Part shown: positions 38,078-43,649 of the stretch, piece by piece
How positions within the stretch are numbered: position 1 is the first letter of the stretch
How the letters are laid out: each line of letters begins with the position of its first letter
From: Pseudobdellovibrionaceae bacterium
GTDB lineage: Bacteria > Bdellovibrionota > Bdellovibrionia > Bdellovibrionales > Bdellovibrionaceae
Length of the DNA stretch: 43,649 bases
Direction: 5' to 3'
NCBI GenBank assembly: GCA_039810425.1
Contig: JBDHWW010000025.1
Location: forward strand, 1-43,649
Translations under genes and position numbers: made by a program
The notes under the pieces: generated by a model
The model's database searches: none
What the model was told of the DNA's origin: nothing
What the model saw: only the letters and a program-made list of their open reading frames with translations

Positions 38078-39203
38078 TTAAACTCGTCTCTTGGGATTAT
38101 TGAGAACCCCCCGCCCCATCATCTCCTGCTCCCGAGCGGTAATACCGTATTTTTTCGCAAGCTGCCGCCATTTGCCAGAGGCCTCTTGCACCTGGCCGAT
38201 GATCTCTTCGGCCCTGTGGGGTTTTAAACGGAAGTAAGGGGCCACTTCGCGGGCTAATTCTAAATCCAAAGAGTTGTCACTCTCGGAAATATTTAATTTT
38301 AACCCCGTCGCAATATCCGTCGGGTTTAAATCATAGGCCGGAGACAACACCCAACCCTTTTCAGTCAAAATAAATCCGTGGTTTCTCAGATGATCGTCAG
38401 TATTTGAAATCGAGATATTCAGCACAATGCGCCGCCAAAGTTCTTCCAAGTCCCGATCCACCTGCGCCCCGTGTGTGATGATAAACTCGACCAGATCCAA
38501 ATAACTTGCGCCCGATTCATGATCTTCACCATCAGAGTAACCCAACAAAGTCATGGCCGACGAAAAGTGAAGCCGGACTTCTCCCTTACGGTCAAATCTC
38601 TTCGTCAAATATGTGTGATGATCGCCTGAGAATTTTTTGATCATGCCTTCAGACATATTCACACCGCTTGCCACAGCAATGTCGTGAGCCACCATCTCCC
38701 ACGCTCCGATATCCCGGCCATCCGCCCGACTTGGGAATTTGGCAATCCAGAGCTGACCCTTCTTATCTAAGACACTGGCTTTGGGACGAGCCCCACCCAA
38801 AGAAGATCCCGGTGCAATCAACATCTCAAGCCATTTTAAATAATCAGGATCCTCAGAGGCGTCCGCGGCCTCTAACTGCAAACTTGCCTGCTCGAGCTCC
38901 CGCAAACTGCCCCATGGCGGAGCAGCCAGTTTTTTATTGTCATTCAGAAAGGGGCCCTTCTCGGTCATTCGAAACCGAATCCCTCCCATGCGATGACCGT
39001 CATAAACACCTAAAAGGTAATCAGACTCTAGCAAAAGCTTCTCAGTCCTTTTTTCTTGGCGGGCCAAGGCGGCTTCACGCCGACGCATCAGAAGCCGACC
39101 CCAACGATCCGGAGAAGAATCCAAGAAAATGCCAAAGTTTGATTTTTTATCATGCAAATACTGCGTAAACGAAAATTTTCTTTTGACCGAGGGCTTGCTT
39201 CAT
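38078..39203 (-). pseudogene. hipA: HipA-family kinase toxin with an internal N-terminal deletion and frameshift
   Basis: ATG at 39203 (ATGA overlap with the hipB stop) gives MKQALGQKKIFVYAVFA*. A second frame carries QYLHDKKSNFGIFLDSSPDRWGR, GSSLGGARPKA, IAKFP, NTDDHLRNHGF and LSPAYDL. Confidence 0.8.
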
Positions 39204-39526
39204 CCTTGAACCTTTTGCTTTTTAGGAGCTCTTTCTCGCACCAATAACTTGGCATCTTGCAACTTACGCCCCAACTCATCATCACTTGCCACCTTGAGCA
39301 GATCCTTTTCAAGCCCCAGAACCAACAACACCTGTAGATAGCTTCCCATCGCCACACTGGCAGAACCCTTTTCCACCGACCACAAAGTGGCACGACTGAT
39401 ATCCGCCCGCTCACTGACCTGTTCTGCAGTGAGCTTCCTACGAAGACGGGCCAGTTTAATATTTTCCCCCAGATGGCTGAGGATCTTTTTTGTCTTGGGC
39501 AAAAGAAGGCTTTTTTTAGATCGCAT
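39200..39526 (-). CDS. hipB: XRE/HipB-like HTH antitoxin
   Basis: LGENIKLARLRRKLTAEQVSERADISRATLWSVEKG HTH; coupled to hipA; likely start ATG 39526. Confidence 0.88.
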   Translation of the reverse strand: MRSKKSLLLPKTKKILSHLGENIKLARLRRKLTAEQVSERADISRATLWSVEKGSASVAMGSYLQVLLVLGLEKDLLKVASDDELGRKLQDAKLLVRERAPKKQKVQG

Positions 39527-39580
39527 AATGTTTAATATTATAGACAAATGTGGCACATACGTCTATAATATTAAACATTA
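39526..39580. promoter_or_regulatory. 55-bp palindromic operator/promoter of hipBA
   Basis: Perfect 20-bp arms TAATGTTTAATATTATAGAC / GTCTATAATATTAAACATTA around an inner ATGTG-G-CACAT; TATAAT 10 nt before the ATG on the - strand. Confidence 0.8.
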
Positions 39581-39584
39581 GTTT

Positions 39585-39608
39585 GGTGCCAGGCCCTGTT
39601 TCTGGACG
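39585..39608. repeat. 24-bp element E, copy 1
   Basis: GGTGCCAGGCCCTGTTTCTGGACG; one mismatch to 40792-40815. Confidence 0.9.
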
Positions 39609-39617
39609 CGGCACATA

Positions 39618-39816
39618 CCTACTCCGTCATTGTTCAGAAGGACATGGATGGTGGGGACTCTCTCCACCGCGAGGGCATCTATGCGTTCGGAAAAAAGCTT
39701 CGTTATAACCAAACCGACAACACCGTCACTCTGCAAAACGAAACCCCACTGCGCAGACCTGCTTCCGCGGCCAACATCATGGACAAGTCAGCATCGTCCA
39801 ATTCATTCGCACCGGA
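39618..39816 (+). pseudogene. Deleted duplicate fragment of the 40949-41866 gene
   Basis: 39618-39788 matches 40962-41132 (171 bp, 7 mismatches), then jumps to about 28 bp matching about 41370-41397; the original start codon is missing. Confidence 0.9.
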
Positions 39817-39830
39817 GATCACAATACAAC

Positions 39831-39922
39831 TCCCAACTTAAACCACGGGGTACAGTAAGAATATTATCAATATCTAAAGCGAGCCGACTATCTAAAGTGG
39901 TCAAATCAAATAAAAATGACCT
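39831..39922. repeat. 92-bp direct repeat R1, copy 2
   Basis: Matches 37934-38025; minus frame reads RSFLFDLTTLDSRLALDIDNILTVPRGLSW. Confidence 0.95.
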
Positions 39923-40215
39923 AAGCAAGGTTTTTAATAATCGAAGACAAACCTATTCGTGAAATACCCGTTTCCTTCCAGAAAAGTTGAAAAAACCTGC
40001 TTCAAGTGGATTGAAGGACACCCTTCACAGGCTCTTGCTTATTAAATGGTTCAAGAGCCAAACCCAGCCACATTTTCCTAGCGGTTCATCTTTACTTGTT
40101 AAAGATTATGATTTTCATACTCAAATAATATGCCTTTTGAATTCAAAAAATAGTAAGCATTTGAAATTGCTGATGAATATGTTTTTTCAAAAACACTATG
40201 AAAATAGATTATAAC

Positions 40216-40256
40216 TTGGCTATTAGAGCTACTTGAGCTATAATAGCTATTAGGAG
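40216..40256 (+). promoter_or_regulatory. Sigma70-type promoter with overlapping operator and RBS for phd-relE
   Basis: TTGGCT-17 bp-TATAAT (40216-40244); 12-bp inverted repeat GCTATTAGAGCT/AGCTATAATAGC (40219-40247, one mismatch); AGGAG at 40252. Confidence 0.7.
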
Positions 40257-40261
40257 ATTTT

Positions 40262-40516
40262 ATGAAGGAAATGGCTTCTAAGAAGGCAAAAGATAATTTT
40301 GGCGAGCTATTGGATACAGCTCAAAGAGAGCCCGTTCGAATCACGAAAAAAGACCGCCCAGTAGCCGTTGTTATCTCTTTGGATGAGTATCAACGCCTTC
40401 AGGAGCTTGAAGACTTGGTTTGGGCAAAGAAAGCTCAATCTGCCAGCAAGAAGGGCTATCTGAACAATAAAGACAGTGAAGCATTGTTGGGTGATCTTCT
40501 AAATGCTAAAGATTAA
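40262..40516 (+). CDS. Phd/YefM-family antitoxin
   Basis: AKDNFGELLDTAQREPV.IT...RPVAVVIS.DEY..L signature. Confidence 0.92.
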   Translation: MKEMASKKAKDNFGELLDTAQREPVRITKKDRPVAVVISLDEYQRLQELEDLVWAKKAQSASKKGYLNNKDSEALLGDLLNAKD

Positions 40517-40775
40517 TATCTCCAAGGACGCCGAGAAGGTCTTAAAAAAGCTTCAATCAAAGATCGCTCGGCAAATTGCCCTCAAGATACAGGCGTTAAG
40601 AAACAATCCCGACCCACAAGACAGCAGTCAACTTAAAGGCTACGCTCCTTTAAAGAGAGCCGATCAAGGCGAATACCGCATTATCTACCGTGTAGACGGC
40701 GAAACCCTTTACATTGAAATCGTTGGCAAAAGAAACGACGACGAAGTTTACAAGAAACTAAAACGGAAAAAGTAA
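40503..40775 (+). CDS. relE: RelE/ParE-superfamily toxin (RelE-like)
   Basis: I.ISKDAEK.LKKL, L..NP.P, LKGY, R...GEYRIIY.V, VGKRND.EVY; 14-bp overlap with the antitoxin. Confidence 0.9.
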   Translation: MLKINISKDAEKVLKKLQSKIARQIALKIQALRNNPDPQDSSQLKGYAPLKRADQGEYRIIYRVDGETLYIEIVGKRNDDEVYKKLKRKK

Positions 40776-40791
40776 GGACCTCGGAGATCTC

Positions 40792-40815
40792 GGTGCCTGG
40801 CCCTGTTTCTGGACG
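40792..40815. repeat. 24-bp element E, copy 2
   Basis: GGTGCCTGGCCCTGTTTCTGGACG. Confidence 0.9.
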
Positions 40816-40948
40816 TTACACCCCATCTCTCACGCAAAGATCCGTCTGAGCCGTCTCACCCTGAGACCGCCATCTCCCCCACGCCCGATCTCCCTCTGAA
40901 AATCACGATTTCCCACCTAGAGTAAATATTCTAATTTACCATGGAAGT

Positions 40949-41866
40949 ATGTACATCGATGCCTACTCCGTCATTGTTCAGAAGGACATGGATGGTGGGG
41001 ACTCTCTCCACCGCGAGGGGCTTTTTGCGTTCGGAAAAAAGCTTCGTTACAACCAGGCCGACAACACCGTCACTCTGCAAAACGAAACCCCACTGCGCAG
41101 ACCTGCTTCCGCGGCCAACATCATGGACAAGTTCGAAGTCGCTCCTGGCATCTATGTGCGCCATCCTGATCCCGAAAAATGGTACTCGAATCCCGATACG
41201 ACTTCGCGTGATCAGCTGCTGCCCGTGATCGCCTATTGTGCGGCCTATGAAGATTATCCTCGTCTGTGGCGGCTGTTTAAGGCTACCGCCTCGCGAGGCT
41301 TCTTCGCGCAAAACACCCTGCGCATCGGCGAAGGCGAAACCGAGATAAAACTGCCCGACCCCATGCACCTCAACATCGCTCAGTTCATTCGCGCCGGTGG
41401 CTGGTGGACGGCTCCCCTCTACCCACTGCTCTTGGTCTTTGATTCCTACGAACTTGTCGGCACCGTCCTTGGGGCCCTGCCCCTGCACTTTAAAGACGAT
41501 CATTGGATTCCACGAAAGAAAAATCTGAACGACGTCGACGATAACAACATCGTCATTCAACACCTTATGGCTGCCGTCTATAAACCCACGCCGATTTCGG
41601 AGCTGAATCGCTACTTGTATTCGATACTAAGGCCTGTGAACTACGGCAACACCCTGCTCGGAGAAAAAAATCCCGTCATGGGTGCGCTTCGCTGGTATCA
41701 TCGCAGTGAATACGGCGGTGAAGGCAATCCCGAAATGGCTGAGCTCTATCGGCCGCTTGTGGAAAAATACTTTACCTATCAAACCCCGCGCGAATTTATC
41801 ACAGAGGTCTTAGAGAAAATTGAATCTCGCGATATTCTCGTCGCTATTAATCGTGACTACTACTGA
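40949..41866 (+). CDS. Hypothetical protein (305 aa)
   Basis: Long ORF with normal protein composition and acidic motifs DMDGGDS, SRDQL and DVDDNN; a partial paralogue exists at 39618. Confidence 0.8.
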   Translation: MYIDAYSVIVQKDMDGGDSLHREGLFAFGKKLRYNQADNTVTLQNETPLRRPASAANIMDKFEVAPGIYVRHPDPEKWYSNPDTTSRDQLLPVIAYCAAYEDYPRLWRLFKATASRGFFAQNTLRIGEGETEIKLPDPMHLNIAQFIRAGGWWTAPLYPLLLVFDSYELVGTVLGALPLHFKDDHWIPRKKNLNDVDDNNIVIQHLMAAVYKPTPISELNRYLYSILRPVNYGNTLLGEKNPVMGALRWYHRSEYGGEGNPEMAELYRPLVEKYFTYQTPREFITEVLEKIESRDILVAINRDYY

Positions 41867-41871
41867 CCGCC

Positions 41872-42285
41872 TTAAGGCTTTAGATTCTTGCGCACAGCTT
41901 TCACGATGAAATGAGCCGAGGCCAGAGCCTCTTTGGCGTCTTTTTCCTGATAAAACTCCGAGGGAGTCAGGTCTTCCGAACCATAATAAGCCAGCTCGCG
42001 GTCGCGCCGAAGGCTTCTTGAAATATCACAAATCTTTTCAAGGTCCTTGAGGATCCCCGCTGGGAGTTTGTCTTTTTCTTGGGTCAGAATCGCTGAAACA
42101 TCATGAATACGCGGAATATCGATAAAACAATCCCGCAAAAGCGCTTTCAACGCCAGTTCGACGACCTCTTGAGATTCCCTCACCGTATCCGCCCAAGCAC
42201 TTTTTGAATAAAGATACTCCACCGCACCTACACGAACTTCGGCCCTTTGAATATAGTCCTTGATCAAACTTTTATTTTGCATCAA
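41872..42285 (-). CDS. HEPN-domain protein (toxin partner of MNT)
   Basis: SQEVVELALKALL, P.IHDV, RRDRELAYYG (R-x4-Y type), A.EAL..A; overlaps the MNT gene. Confidence 0.85.
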   Translation of the reverse strand: MMQNKSLIKDYIQRAEVRVGAVEYLYSKSAWADTVRESQEVVELALKALLRDCFIDIPRIHDVSAILTQEKDKLPAGILKDLEKICDISRSLRRDRELAYYGSEDLTPSEFYQEKDAKEALASAHFIVKAVRKNLKP

Positions 42286-42814
42286 AAGGCTCCTGCCTTA
42301 CCCAATAAGAATGTCCGTGACTGAGCTTGCGCCAGTAACGCCCCTCCGCGATTTGTGCCCGTATATTCACAAGCACGTCTCGAAGGACCCGCTGCTTCTC
42401 ATAGAGTATCTCACCCTCCAGCGCCGTCTCAAGCCAAATACTACCGATGACCTCGTTTGAATGAGGCAAATGAACGAACTGCGGGGAATAAATGTCCTCC
42501 GTCTTCGCAAATACCTGATCCCAACGCTGATAAAGCGCCCTTGATATCTGTTGAGTCTTTGGTAGTACCACCAGAAGGTCGACATCACTCTTTTGCGTGG
42601 CCTCGCCCCGAGCCACCGAACCAAAAAGAATGATCCCCTCAGGCGCAAACTCCTGGACAATGCGCTCACACACTTCCGACCACTCCGACCCGGTTGGATT
42701 TTGCAACTTTCGAGAGCAGAGAGAGTTCAAAGACTCACCACGGGCCCGAGCTTCTTCCTTCAGGGCTTGGTGAGTCTTGGGATCTAAACGTAAAACAAAC
42801 TTTCCAGACGCCAT
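42272..42814 (-). CDS. HicB-type RHH domain fused to a minimal nucleotidyltransferase (MNT antitoxin)
   Basis: SGKFVLRLDPKTHQAL..EA...GESLNSLC then ILFGSVARGEAT.KSDVDLLVV and EGEILYE; likely start ATG 42814. Confidence 0.85.
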   Translation of the reverse strand: MASGKFVLRLDPKTHQALKEEARARGESLNSLCSRKLQNPTGSEWSEVCERIVQEFAPEGIILFGSVARGEATQKSDVDLLVVLPKTQQISRALYQRWDQVFAKTEDIYSPQFVHLPHSNEVIGSIWLETALEGEILYEKQRVLRDVLVNIRAQIAEGRYWRKLSHGHSYWVRQEPFDAK

Positions 42815-42844
42815 AGTACTATTTTCACTCAATTATAGTACTAA
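42813..42844. promoter_or_regulatory. Paired palindromic operator upstream of the MNT-HEPN operon
   Basis: ATAGTACTAT (42813-42822) and ATAGTACTAA (42835-42844), 22 bp apart, overlapping the start codon and a minus-strand TATAAT. Confidence 0.55.
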
Positions 42845-42932
42845 ATCAATAAGTATCCGCAGTTTTATATATTGCATAGTATTTTCATATACTTAAAAAC
42901 ACAACCCGTAGCTATTTTCATAGCCAAGAATC

Positions 42933-43199
42933 CTACTGATGACGGCGTTGCAGCTTCGTCCACTCGTGGGCCGTCACAATGCCGACGGTCTCGGTATTCG
43001 GGTCAAAGACGATCTTTACATCGCCCTTTGCGAGCTGCTTTTCGACCTGCGTGACCTTCGTTTCGAAACCCACCTCTTCGCGGCCGTAGTCCGTGCCTTC
43101 GCGCAGGATAAAGCTCTCGATGATCGCGCGGATGGTGTCCTCGTTTAAGGCCTCCAAGGGGACTTCGACTGGGGGTCGTAATTCTTTTTCGATATCCAT
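42933..43199 (-). CDS. yheU: YheU/UPF0270 family protein
   Basis: VP.EAL..DT..AIIESFILREGTDYG..E.....KV.QV..QL..G...IVFD..TET..I. Confidence 0.9.
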   Translation of the reverse strand: MDIEKELRPPVEVPLEALNEDTIRAIIESFILREGTDYGREEVGFETKVTQVEKQLAKGDVKIVFDPNTETVGIVTAHEWTKLQRRHQ

Positions 43200-43349
43200 T
43201 GGGTCACGTTATCAGACGCCCCCGACGGTTTCATCAAAGAAGCTATTACGCTCCTTTTCATGATAACCCTGAAGCCCTGCGCCACAGATAAGAGAGCTCG
43301 TGGCAGCGATACCAAACATATTATTCAGGCGCCTAGATTTATCATGTCA

Positions 43350-43600
43350 TCAATCTTTGGAGTAAAACCCATCGCGAAGACCTATTTTATTGAATTCCAA
43401 TAATAGGACCGTCGACACCTCATATTCGTGGGCCGTAAACTGAAGACGGAATGATTCTTTTGAAAATCCACTTTGAAATTTAAAGCGAACTTGAAACTCG
43501 CGTCTCCCATCGCTTTTCTCAAATTTAGGCAAGGGCTGTAGAGGGGCTGTTTTGTGCCAAGCGGACGGGAGCCTTTGGTGGAGAATACAGAGTTTTTTAT
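43350..43600 (-). pseudogene. Possible decayed REP-associated tyrosine transposase (RAYT/Y1-HUH) fragment
   Basis: Frame-split peptides SRPLGTKQPL...RKAMGDASF and HEYEVS...LLL...KIGLRDGF recall the N-terminal half of RAYT-like proteins (from memory); no intact HUH motif. Confidence 0.25.
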
Positions 43601-43649
43601 TGCCGCAAAGTCACTGCAAACAGACATCCTGTCTGTTGAGGGCTCTCCC

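Noticed and set aside
38000..38227. Plus-strand ORFs sharing VKSNKNDLS (also 39630-39962)
   Set aside because: The shared peptide is the antisense reading of R1; the substitution pattern supports the minus frame
40011..40059. Two adjacent small hairpins (TGAAGG/CCTTCA and GGCTCTTG/CAAGAGCC)
   Set aside because: Short stems within a decayed region and no supporting context
37934..41132. CRISPR array, or attL/attR of an integrated element
   Set aside because: Each repeat has only two copies with kb-scale spacing, R1 shows coding-type divergence, and there is no cas or integrase gene
40931..41563. 210-aa antisense ORF, and the other shadow ORFs in the track (e.g. 2984-3487, 10810-11325, 24678-25229, 35607-36155, 38668-39168)
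   Set aside because: They lie opposite or inside well-supported genes and show no recognisable motifs

Overview
About 37.8 kb of the window is a densely packed, strand-scrambled surface-glycan locus. It encodes a complete pseudaminic acid pathway (pseBCFH on -, pseIG on +) and a PseA/WbuX-HisH-HisF amidotransferase trio. It also encodes a GDP-linked legionaminic-acid-type pathway with an extra oxidoreductase/SDR pair but no second CMP-synthetase, a WbpB/D/E-like 2,3-diamino-sugar trio, and CDP-3,6-dideoxyhexose genes (rfbFGH) plus a ThDP enzyme/reductase pair resembling YerE/YerF. Three stand-alone AT3 O-acyltransferases, ugd and an NHL-propeller protein are also present. The only recognisable glycosyltransferase is a GtrB-like polyprenol-phosphate GT with a non-canonical motif. 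It is accompanied by a UPF0104 flippase-like protein and two large GT-C-like membrane proteins, which suggests a lipid-carrier, extracytoplasmic glycosylation route. The last ~5.8 kb is a toxin-antitoxin hotspot. Two tandem, diverged copies of the same flanks (a 92-bp gene remnant on one side; a 24-bp element plus a hypothetical gene on the other) enclose different TA modules: hipB plus an internally deleted hipA in one, phd-relE in the other. An RHH-MNT/HEPN pair, yheU and a possible decayed RAYT transposase follow. A Bdellovibrionota-like host is a weak guess. All family calls are from motif recognition; no searches were run.
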